From Yuukianura sp. NJ FZ-2021 (Eukaryota), in the NCBI GenBank assembly GCA_046563655.1, contig CM102286.1, positions 186,001 to 250,000 on the forward strand: 64,000 nucleotides of DNA. Reading direction: 5' to 3'. A program made the position numbers and the translations under genes. Positions 14,500 through 25,500 of the stretch are shown here, piece by piece. The notes under the pieces were generated by a model, which had not been told where the DNA came from, searched no databases, and saw nothing but the letters and a program-made list of their open reading frames with translations. Positions within the stretch are counted from its first letter, which is position 1; each line of letters opens with the position of its first letter.

Positions 14500-16897
14500 C
14501 TTGACTAATTTATGAACCACACACCTCCTCCGCACAAATCCAACAGAGATACACTTTCTCCTAGCCAAAATCCCAAATTCCGACGAAAGGCGAACCGCTT
14601 TCTCCGGAAATCCAAAAAATCAATAAGGAAAGCGTCCTCTCCGCCCCGAAATTTGTCAAATCCACACACACTCCACACGCACTTCCTTCTTTTTCTACAA
14701 GCGTCTTGTTCCTTACAACTTTCACTCTTTCACCTTAAAAATGTAACTTTAACTAAAATTATGGATTGTGGATTGCTTGAAATTGTGGATTAAAAATGGA
14801 ATGAGTGGAATGATGGATTGAGTTCGTAGGTGGTATGAGAACAGTTAGTTCCTTGAAGTGAAGGTGTGATCTGAGAATCCTTTGTACTTGTGTATTGTTC
14901 TGGTGCTGGGGAGACAGTGCCTTAGAGATTCTCTCCTCAAGCCATTTCCTTCAAAAAACCTTCTGGGACGGGGATTCGAACTCACAACTTCAAACAGCGT
15001 TCGTTCCCCTCTCTTCCATTTCAATTCAACGAGGATGCTTGAGGAAAAAGCTCCTCACGCACCTACGGGAGGGGACCACAACAGGGTTCATTTTTCAAAA
15101 AACCCTCCACTTATTTTGGGTTTTGGCTTTAGGCTAAGCTTATTTCAATTTTAGAACACAAAGTTTCAAACTTTCTAAGAAATTCTAAAACTGAAAGAAT
15201 GAGTTCTCATTGGTTGATGAACATTTTGGAGCAATTTGATTGGTCACTGACTTTCCCCACTTTTTAAATTACCCGGGTAACTTGCTAACCCTGTCCTAAG
15301 TGGATTCTGAGTATAACTTTTTGTGAGCGTTGTGATCTCGTTGATATTCAACGTATATCAAAGTACACTGTGATCTGTTTACATGTATTTCCAGAGTCTA
15401 AGGGTGTGGTCCCTTGGAAGGGAGTCAGAGGCCCCTTATAAAATTTGAATAGACACAATGGACTCCAAAGCAACAATGGGAATAATACATGCCATTAGCC
15501 ACTGACTCGGAAAAGTTATGGCTAGAACAACACTACTAAAAATTCAATTGAGATTTCAAATTTCACAGGCCCCCATTTTGAAATTGTTTTCAAAAACAAC
15601 CCTCACCTGCTCCCCTTCATTTGTAAGCAGAAAACAACTCATTTAAATTTTTAAAGTGGTGGGAAAGTACAAAGTTTTTGGACGGAGGGAACTACGACAT
15701 GGGCGGGTATTTTGAAATGAGTTGATTTTTGTTACACAACTACAACGTGAGGGTGAGATTTTAAAAAAGAGGGGAAGAATTGAAATCGGAGAGATCGGAA
15801 GGGGTGAGATTTTGAGAGGGTGAAATGTGAAATCAGCGGATTTGGAAACTAGAGCAAACGAAGAACATTAAAAAAAAATGAGTAAAAATGTAACCAAGTT
15901 TCACATTGAAATTTTTGAATTTTGTTTTTTTGCTTTTTTGTCATGAATGTTTGTAAATAGTTGAAGTAAAAATTAGTATAAAGAGAAGTTAATTTGGATT
16001 GTGTTGACCTCGAGTTGTGATGAAGACAAAAGGAAGAAGCCGTTGGATGACCCACTCCATTGTCTTTTCTTTTGAATTTGGTGATGGCAGGGATGAAACT
16101 GCAACTTCCTTTCTTGAAAACAAAAATTCAAAAAATTATCACCTCAAGAAACACTCAAAAACGAAACAATGAAATAAAATTTGCAAACATTCAGAAAGGA
16201 AACAATGAAGTAAAATTTAAACTCCGCGGGAGTAGACAGAATCAAATTTCAAATTCTCCCGCGGTGACAAATTCATTGGTCCTATGAAGCTAAACATGAA
16301 TTTGCAAAATACTTGTCCTAATTAATACTGCGATTGATGACAAACAATCACAATTTAAGTGATCCACATTTTCAGAATCTCAATTCTAGCCAAACTGAAT
16401 AAGAAATTTTGAAGAAACTTGCGAAGTTTTAAATTTGAATTTTCGTTCGACCTTGAAATTAAACAAATTCTGTTGACTTTCTACCAACATTTTTTCACGC
16501 CTTCCGGTTCCGGTTTCATCTTTGCAAAACTAAATTTGAGTTGCGAAATACGGCAGGAAAGACTTGGAAATTTAATTTCCTCAGAAGAATTGCTTCTTAA
16601 ATTCCAAATTGAATTGCGTAACTTCATTGCGCCAATTTCAAATTGTGGTTTAAAAGAATTTGACACAGCAAGCACCACAAATTGAAAAGGAAGAGATCCA
16701 GGTCACAAGGAAGTTCAAACAAAGGAATTCAGCCTTCCAATAGTTCAAAGATGTTGCAAAATCATTGATTACTTACAAAATGATATTACTTTATTTTACT
16801 ATTATAATTACAACTTAATTACTTTAATTAACAATTAATTAAAAATCTCAATGAAATTAAAAAGAGAGTTGAATTAAATGTTAACTTTTGAATTTGT

Positions 16898-17412
16898 TTA
16901 GTTGGTGAGGTATCTCTTGGCTTCCTTGTTCGTCAGAATCCGAATTCCGCCTGACTCCAGCTGAACTTCAGTGAAAGGGAAGTTGGCAGGGGGCTTGGGG
17001 GGGCCCTTGACCCCCGAGGGGGCACTTCCATTCGACTCAAGGTCAGCCGATCCAAAAGCCACATTCCCCACAATCGGCTTCAGAGTTGGACCAGCAGGAC
17101 TGTTTGGATTCTGTTGATCTTTTTGCTGTTGAGTGGAAGTGAGTTGAGCCATTAGCGTTTGTCGAAGTGCCTGCAATTTGGCTTCTTGGTCCAGCAGTTG
17201 CTGAAGTTGCCGTTGAATCAACTCGATGTTCGAAATACCTCCACCGTCCGAAGACGCTTGTTGAGGAAAACATTCTACAAATTATTAAAATAGTTTTTAA
17301 AATATTATTTGAAATGTGTTAAAAATGTATCTTGTATAACATGTTTGATCCATATTTTCTTACCTCCTTGGAGAAATGAGGAAACGAGGACGAAGAGGCA
17401 GATCAGCTTCAT
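16898..17412 (-). CDS. Small secreted Gln/Pro-rich protein of unknown function (~141 aa)
   Basis: Exon 1 17412-17364 encodes a signal-peptide-like MKLICLFVLVSSFLQG followed by gtaag. Exon 2 17274-16898 joins in phase (ECFPQQ...) and has a Q-rich coiled-coil-like stretch. Confidence 0.7.
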
Positions 17413-19400
17413 TTTAGACAATTTTTAGTATTTTTGTATTTTGGAAATTGAAATTAGTTTTTCTTTGTGAATTGTTTGTAATTTAGTTTTGTATTTTGAG
17501 TGATAGTGTAGTTGTGTGTAAACTGTTGAATTGTGTAGTTATAACTTTTGTAAGGTCAATGTGAGAATACTAATTGTGGTGACCAAGGAGTGGAGTGACA
17601 ATGAATTCAGAAGTGAGAAATACTAAAAACAGGAATGACGACTTACGGAAATCGAGGTGACGACTTCGTTTGTGAGTCAAAACTGAGAAAAATGAGGATT
17701 TTATGCGCATAAGAACCAATTTCACACTGTCATTCGTTTTGGTTCAACAAACACCCATTTGCAAAACTATCTTCCCGCGACATTTCAATCCATCATTGAT
17801 TTCTTCTGAAAAAGAAGAAAACTTCAATCATAATCAGAATGCGAAAAGTAGCTCATAAACAGACATGTCAAAAAATATTTAGTTCCCATGCCTGTAATGT
17901 TCACAAATTCAATATTTCGAGTCTTTTTGTTACTAAATATTTTTTTTTTATATTTTATATTTATACATTTTTATTGTCGCGAACTGTGATGAATGATCCA
18001 ACTTACACCTGCCATTGGCAGGTTGAATATTTATTTATTTATAAATATTTATTTATTTATCCATGCCCAAGTTTGTAAAAATTTAGACCTTTTACATTAA
18101 ATATTGTATTTATTTAAATATTTCGCTGGTTTTTAGTAAATATTTTTGGCGTATCTGCTCATAAATGAAGCTACAAGCAGAGAGCAGTACGCATGCTCCG
18201 AAGACGAAAAAGAGTGAAGCGATGCTGTTTCGCAGGTTGAGTGGAGCGTACTTGAATGTCCGATGCATAAAATCCTCCAGAATTAGATTGGACTTTACTC
18301 CATAATATTTCTGTTGCATAATTCCAGAGTGTTGAAGTGCTAAAAACCGAATGTGAAACCGCTCATCTTTGTCTTCGTCCATTGTATAGATGGTCCAACC
18401 TAAATTTCCTTTTAACACAGATTCATTTCCATAGTACATTTCAATTAACGGATTAAGGCGATACGCTCTCAAATAAAGCTTTTTCAACTCCGACATGTCA
18501 CCTATGAAAATTCTCTTGTCGCAACGTACAAAATCCGTCAGCAGTGTATCATAGTAGTTGTCGGTAAATTGGAAATGCATACTTCGTATCCAACTCTCAT
18601 ATTTTACTTTTGTCAAATTGCCAATGGTCGTTTTATCGTAATTCAAACTGTCATATAGTAGACTTATGAATTGATTGGGTTTAAAGTAGCGTAGGAACCC
18701 AAAGACGTGGTCCGTATTTTCAGTTTTCAACTCCGTTATGCTGAAGCCTTGTGGAAGGGCTTGAGTTATGTCAGTTAGTATTTTGAATTCAAGTTGGACT
18801 GCCTGATCTACAGTTTCAACTGTCTGCGAAGGCAAAGGAGCCGTAAGGTAAGTGGTAACCATTCCACGGTAGTCGTTTGTTACGTGAAAACAACCGAAAA
18901 TCAACGTGTATGCGAAAATGTGGAAAATCCATCTTCGAGGTTTAGACTTCGGCAGTTTCAGTTCCTGTTCAAATACAATGGTACACAAAAACATCCAGGA
19001 CGACATAGATTGTACTCCATCAGAACGAAACCAAAGCTCCACCAGGGGATACGCGGCAATTAGAGTGATGAGGCAACTTATCCAAACCTCGGCATTTAGC
19101 GGTTGGGTATAAAATTGAAGTGAAAAGTACGGGTATGCCCCATCGCATGCTAAAAATTTGAATTGCGCTTCCCTTGTAACATAGTGGTAGTTTCTTCCAT
19201 TATCCGCTAGGTTAAACATGGACGGCGGTGGCATTTGTGCAATATTGTAGTCATTAACAACTCTTACTACATCGTTGTACGATCCTGTCCAGCGGGAAAT
19301 TGTAATGATGAACATTGACCAACTTTCATTTCCGAGCAATATTTGAGACTGGTTATGCTTTTCCGGTGAGAATATTTGGTTCATAATGAAGGCATCTCTA

Positions 19401-20311
19401 CCGTATTTTCCCTAATAGTACACCGTACTTTAATAGTACACCGGGTCCCTAATAGTACACCGGGGTCGGGGCCCCAAAAATTAATTAGTACACCGTCCCA
19501 AATAGTACACCGGGTCTCCAATAGTACACCGGGTATTTGGTCTTTGGTAATACACCCAAGAAGTATGCCCAGTGATGCTGTATGTAAACATCCAGTGGCT
19601 TAATCCATCCGGATACCCAGCAGAATAAATGGGGTTGTAGTGGACGGTGAATGCAACAAATTAAAAATTAGCGAAGTTCAAATAAATTTAAGTTAACTAT
19701 TATAAAATAATTTATTTGCATTTTAAACCGTCTCTTGATATGCGCACCCATTGACGAAATATCGAAAAAGTGGATTTCCAGCAACTCTGAGTATATGCCT
19801 TTGCCTACTGGAAAAGTTTAGCTATATTTAATTAAATACAGTGTTGGTGGATAGATAAAATTCTTCTCCACTTGCCTCAAAAGTGGTGGATATATCCGGA
19901 TTTTCTTGGTTTCTTCCGGACGAAACTCAATTTCGTCCATCTGAAACTGGATTTCATCCGGAGTTATCCATTTATCCAGTGGATATATCCTGTACGAAAT
20001 TCTCAAAAAGTGGATATCCACCAACACTGATTAAATACAACAGAAAAAACATTAATGTTTTTTATATCTTGTTTCTACACAAATAATTCTACAAAATACA
20101 CATCATTTAGAGGCTTCTTTAAAATTTTTGCAAGCAAAATTCGAATATTTCTTGCGTAATTTCAATGAGAGGTTAGTAAAAAATAATATGCTTTTTGGAA
20201 AAAAGAATTAATACACCGTCCCTAATAGTACACCAGGTCCCTAATAGTACACCACCCCCAGAAGTCGAAAACAAAATTAGTACACCGGGTGTACTATTTG
20301 GGAAAATACGG
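19401..20311. mobile_element. Non-autonomous Tc1/mariner-superfamily (pogo/Tc2-type) MITE, 911 bp
   Basis: TA duplication at 19399-19400 and 20312-20313. TIRs CCGTATTTTCCCTAATAGTACACC / GGTGTACTATTTGGGAAAATACGG, with several subterminal ATAGTACACC repeats at both ends. Confidence 0.92.
19839..20029. mobile_element. hAT-type MITE, 191 bp, nested in the pogo/Tc2-type MITE
   Basis: Perfect 15-bp TIR CAGTGTTGGTGGATA / TATCCACCAACACTG and perfect 8-bp TSD ATTAAATA (19831-19838 and 20030-20037). Confidence 0.92.
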
Positions 20312-21873
20312 TATGTGGAATGGTTCTCTCGCTATCTTCATATATACTATACAACACTATGTTAAACTGGAACTTGTAGTAGCACCTATCGCTCATTGTA
20401 AATTCGTGAAATATTTTCAAAAAACGACGAATTGATGCATTAGTGATTAGGTGATTCGGAACATCCGCTGTCACCACGGTGTCACAGGGATGATGCACAC
20501 TGTCGTGTATTCTATAAGTAGAATTTAGTACTTGAACCTGGTAGTGGGTTTGAAACGTGTACAAGAAACGGTCAAGTAGTTTCGCCGGCAACAACTCTTC
20601 ATGGATCCAAATCACATGAGATGCAACACCGCGGCAATAAGGAATTCCAACTCGTTCATCCGTGTATTCGCACTCATATATCCAGCGTAGATCAGCGTGC
20701 AATTGTTTTGTCCAGTTTATCCACGGGTACAACTGAATGACGTTGAGATGACACAGGAGTCTGCGCGAATAGCGTGTAAAGTTTAACTTCTGAAATGTTC
20801 TAGTAGTCTCCTCCCTTTTGTCATAATGTAGGGAAATTAGCGTTACAGGAGATATTGTCATTTTGTCAAAGTCAAGTACTCTGTTAGTGTTATTTTCCAA
20901 AAAGAAAATGAAATTGTCGCAGTTGTGGAAGTCTTTTACCAGGGCAGTAGAGAAACTGACTACGGAGCAGAATATTGGCAAAATTGTAGTTTCAATTGCT
21001 AAGACGAGGACAAATATTGGGCGATACATTTTCCAAGACTACTACAGTAGAAATGATTCGGAATTCCTCATTGGCCTTCGTGTTCAACGCTGTTCGAGTT
21101 TTGTCTTCGGAGAATACCTAAGTTTGCATAACTGTGGTAATGGCTTTCTTTTGTAATAGTGAATTTGTATTGTTATCAGAATCAAGACGATTTGAACCAT
21201 GTAAAAAAGTTGTTATCCGAAGATAGAAAAACTTAAGTCTGCTTTCGGGTGAAAACTTCTGTTAAATATCAAAAAAAGCGGTTGACTAATTATTAGCTTC
21301 AGCACGTTCTTCACGATAGCGTGGATTTGAAATAGTATATTGAACCGTTCACGTTAAAATTGTTCGTGTTCAATCGATTACAAATTGAAATAGTTCACGG
21401 TGCTTTGGCCAATTTTGGTACACGTATTCGTGTAGCTACTTTTGGTATTTTTAATTTGAAAAGAACTTTTAGAACGCCGTATTCAAGGTCCTTGCGTGGA
21501 GTTTCAAAATATTCTACACACGTATCCCTTTTCTCTGCTTAAATTCTTAATTTTTAATTGCGACCCGATTATAATGTTTCCATTTCTATTTTTTTTAAAC
21601 CAGGAAAGATATTCATTACTTTTCCATCACAAATGCTATTTACTTAGAAATATTTTAGTTCTTCAAAGTATGCCAACACAGTTCAATAAAGTGGAGGGAG
21701 TAACTATTGAAAAATTACTTTCTACTAAAGAAACCAAAAGAATTTTCTTACGTGTCAGTTTTACTTGCGTAACCATTTATTTACTCCTACATTTTTTAGA
21801 GTTGAAAAAGTACGAAAAAGAGACGTCGAGTGAAGATGGTTCCAAAGTTGTTTTGATTAATTTCTGCTTCTCA

Positions 21874-22353
21874 TTAATTCGGAGGAATGTGGACCCTGGA
21901 AAACCAGAAAAACTAAAATTAGTTTTTTAAAACCTACTGCTAAAAAGTTAAAAAAGTCAAAACTAAGAGTTTTGGTCATGTGGAGATGAGAGTGTAAATT
22001 GCTTACTCTCCGAGGCCGACGCCCATGTAGAATGGATTGTTGATGGCTTCGAGTAGTTTGGCGTCCTTGGGTTTGAACTTTTGTGGTCCACTGTCGTAAG
22101 TGTCGTGGTACAACTTGGAGTGGAAGTTGTCCGGTCCCTTTTCACGGTGCAGTCGGTCATTTGCGTCTGGAGTGATGGTCTCATGCATGTCCACGTCTTC
22201 CTTGTTCTTCTTAACGCAGCAGCAGCACGCAAGAAACTTCGCACAGCATCCCTCTTTCTGCGCACCCTCAGAGTTACGGCGAATCGTCTTGTTAGACTTC
22301 ATGCTCCGTTCGTTGTTGATTCCAGATTTCGACTTCACACTGTTCGTAGACAT
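21874..22353 (-). CDS. Small protein (~122 aa) with a Cys cluster (GCCAKFLACCCCVKK), probably palmitoylated; function unknown
   Basis: Exon 22353-22007 ends GGA GA|gtaagc and joins acceptor ttccag|G at 21895 to give ..GLGEVHIPPN* (stop 21874-21876). Confidence 0.6.
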
Positions 22354-22497
22354 CTTCTCAATGGCCACTTCAAATCCACCTTCCTTTTACTTATTCTACC
22401 ACTTTCTTAAAAGTGTGACAAAAACAATGAAAAGCGTTCAAAATTGAACGAATTTAACTACTGTTTTGAATTTGGCCTTAAAAACATAGTGATTCTT

Positions 22498-22511
22498 GTT
22501 TCCTTGGCAAC
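22498..22511. promoter_or_regulatory. Candidate RFX X-box
   Basis: GTTTCCTTGGCAAC fits the X-box consensus (GTTNYY-NN-RGCAAC), ~145 bp upstream of the ATG at 22353. Confidence 0.5.
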
Positions 22512-22567
22512 ATACGCCTCGAAATGTTTAAAAAAATGTAATGAAAAATTAAAAAAATTATAAATTC

Positions 22568-25500
22568 TCAGGATGTTTGGTCCAACTCCAGAATTTCAAA
22601 TGCTTGTGCCAACTCTTCCTAGAATTCAAACGTTCATGTCAAAATATCAACAAATATTTTTGGTCCGTCAAATTAGGTAAATAGAAACATAAATTTTACG
22701 TAAATTTTACTTAGTTTACGTCAAGGTAGTAAACGTATTTTTTACCTTGTGTTGTCTGATGTTTGTGTAAGCAGAGTAGACCCAGTCAACAATTTCTTCC
22801 GTTGAGGGCAGCACTATCTTCGTTTTGGAATTGGTTTTACTCAAAAACGAAGACCAGGCCTCCTCCATCTTTTTCTAAAAAAAAAAACAATCTGAATTTT
22901 TAAAAAACACAACTAAAAAAGCGACAAGTAGAAAAGTGTTACTAGAAAGTTTAGACGGAAGAAGACATTGATTGGCTGGAGCTTGGCTGCAGTGCCCAGC
23001 GGGAACTTTAAATCCAGCACATTCATTTCCTCACACTTCGACTTGATTAGCGGATTTTGATGAAGGTCAAACGAATCCCAGAGCATAAGAAGGTCAAAGG
23101 TCACGGGAGTGAACTTTGACACGTTTTGCTGGTTGACCTTTTTAAAAACGAGGTCAAACCATTTCAAGAAACTAGTTTCAGTGGGTTCTGTACTCGACGA
23201 ATAAAAAACTAGAATTTCAGTGTCTTCCTTTGTGTATGGATATGTTTGGTCCATGTCCTTCGTATTTTCAGCCTGAAATTTTGAAATTTAAAAATATTCA
23301 AAATTTCAAAACTTTCAAAATTTCATTTTTTTTGCGGCTAACCTTGACGATTACCATGGGGGGTAAAAGTGTTCCGTCAGCACGAGTGGCCACAATTACA
23401 GTCGCTTCGCAGTCTTTGATTGACGGTCGTCTAAGCCCATTTCTACTCACTGTGTGACTTTGACCTTGACCTTGCGTGGACACTGACGATGTAAAGGTCA
23501 CCGGAATCTCGTCCAGGCAAATGATTTGGTCTTTTCTGAATTTATACTTCGCCAGCACATTGGTAAGGTCCGATTTGAATTCCTTCACTCGAAGTTCCAG
23601 CTCCTTTGGCAGCGATTCCTCGCAGCGTCCTTCCCAGTTGAGCAGAATGTAATTTCTGTTGATGAAGCGATGAGCCCAGTGCGCAGAAGCCACAAAGGAT
23701 GGTCGCATGCTGGAGATCAAAGTTTGCGCAGTTTCCTGGACACTGGACAGAGTTAAACAAATATTGTTGTCAAACTGCTCCAAAATCCAAGTCAGCACGA
23801 CTGGATCCGCATCTTCGTAAAAGTTCCGAGTTTTCCCGAACCGCACCGACCATCTTCTGTACCATCCGTACGAACATTGAATGTTCTCGTGACCTTTTGA
23901 CCTTAAAAAAAAACAGTTTTCAAATAATTTTTTTTTGAATTTTTTTATTATTACCTGTAAAGTTCCAGAGCCTTGTCTCTGATTTCCTTGCTGGTTGATT
24001 GGAGTGGTAGACGTGACATGACCCAGTCATGGACTTGTCTCTCCACGTCAATGTCCACTACTTGTTTGAAAGATTGGAGAGCAGGTTCGGGTTGACTCGA
24101 ACTGGCGTCCACTTCTGGCATCGCATTTAAACTTGAAGTTGAAGTAGACGCGGAAACATTGGCAGACGACTCGTCGCTCCCAGCTGAACTTTGACCCACC
24201 CATTCACAAACGCGACGCTGAGAAAGTTCAAAAAGTCTCGCAGTTCGTCGCTGGCCAAGAACGCTCGCGAATTTGGCAATTTCAACTTTAAACTCCGGCG
24301 GATACTGAAACCAAAAAAAAATTTTTTTTTAATATCCTCAAACTTTTTTAAATTCACTACTGCAAAAGTACCACTTTGAACAACGACCTATTTCAAAATA
24401 AAAATAGGAAGAATGGATACCGTAATTAAAATATAAATAAAGTATTTATTTTGACCTCATGCAAGTATTTGGCAGTATTCTCAACTTTTGGAAGTACTTG
24501 ACAGTATTTTAGAACAAGTTGATAAACTTATAACTTTCTGATGAACTAATTAACTAATTTCTGAGTAACTAATGAACTTAAATAGTCAGAATTTTAGAAT
24601 TGAACTTTGCTGTGACCGAGTGAGAGAGCCTTCTCCGCCACTTCAATTCTCTCCTTCAGTTTGCTCTTGATGGGTGGATCTGTGAAGATGAGCGGCGTAG
24701 TTACTCCCTCCGGTGTGACGACTTCCTGTTCGTTGAGCATGAAATGGTTCATGAACAGCTTGACGCTGTCTCTGAACAGACGCAGTTTGTCAGACAGACC
24801 AGGCTTAGTAAAAACGTCTTCCAACTCGTCCTTGGTCGACCGGAGCAGGATTCCACCAAGCACTTCCTTCAGAAAGACCAACTTCCAAGGCGGCATGTCA
24901 CCAAAGTCAATGACTTTGAGAACAGTCAGGGGCAGACTCCTGTCCTTCACGAGGTGGATCAGCAGCTCTGTCAAGTTTTTCAACTGATGTTCCTCGGGAA
25001 CAGGGAACTCCTTCAGTCTGTCCCAAAGTGTATACTGCGTCGTAAGCTAGAAAACACAAAACATAAGAAAATTCAGCGAATTTTGAAAATTTTGAATTTG
25101 AAGAATGTTGAATTTGAAAAATTGAAAAGTCACCATAAAACGTCTATCGAGTGAGCAGAATTTGGATGCGAGGAGAGCATAGTATGGATTGAACTTCTTT
25201 TCGTGGAGACAACAGTAAATTAAAACGTGAATAATTTCCCGTTCCAGTTGATTCTTGAGTCCCAGATGATTCAACTTCTCAAAAGCATCTGCATAGTCCT
25301 GTTGTCAACATCAAATCATTTTCAAACTCTAAATTCAAACTTCAAATTTTAAAAAAATCTCCAAATTTTAAAAAAGTAGACAAATGTCACCTCTGCAGTC
25401 ATGAGGATAAAGAAAATGTTCCTTCGTGTGTCTGTGTTCATGCCGAGTTTCTTTGCTTTCTTCATCAGCTTCTTGTTGCCAAGCGCAACAGCAACAGATT

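Larger units (their letters stand above)
18110..21029 (-). pseudogene. Intronless divergent ionotropic receptor (IR)-like gene, 668 aa when rejoined, interrupted by a MITE
   Basis: ORFs 21029-20277 and 19384-18110 join in frame (..IPH|RDAFIMNQ..) once 19401-20311 and one TA are removed. Motifs FLACD, FYTQPL..EVW, NDYRG.VTTYLTAP, SGI and a C-terminal TM are typical of variant iGluR/IRs. Confidence 0.8.

Noticed and set aside
19399..20313. MITE spliced out as an intron to restore the IR ORF
   Set aside because: The terminal GT (ACC|GTATTT) paired with either nearby AG (TAG or TAGAG) gives a frameshift, and the acceptor has no pyrimidine tract.
21496..21930. 144-aa plus-strand ORF
   Set aside because: Non-ATG start, AT-rich composition, antisense to the 3' end of the Cys-cluster gene, no motifs.
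22568..24304. Active autonomous pogo transposon
   Set aside because: Multiple introns, no TIR/TSD seen, and a substituted catalytic Asp.
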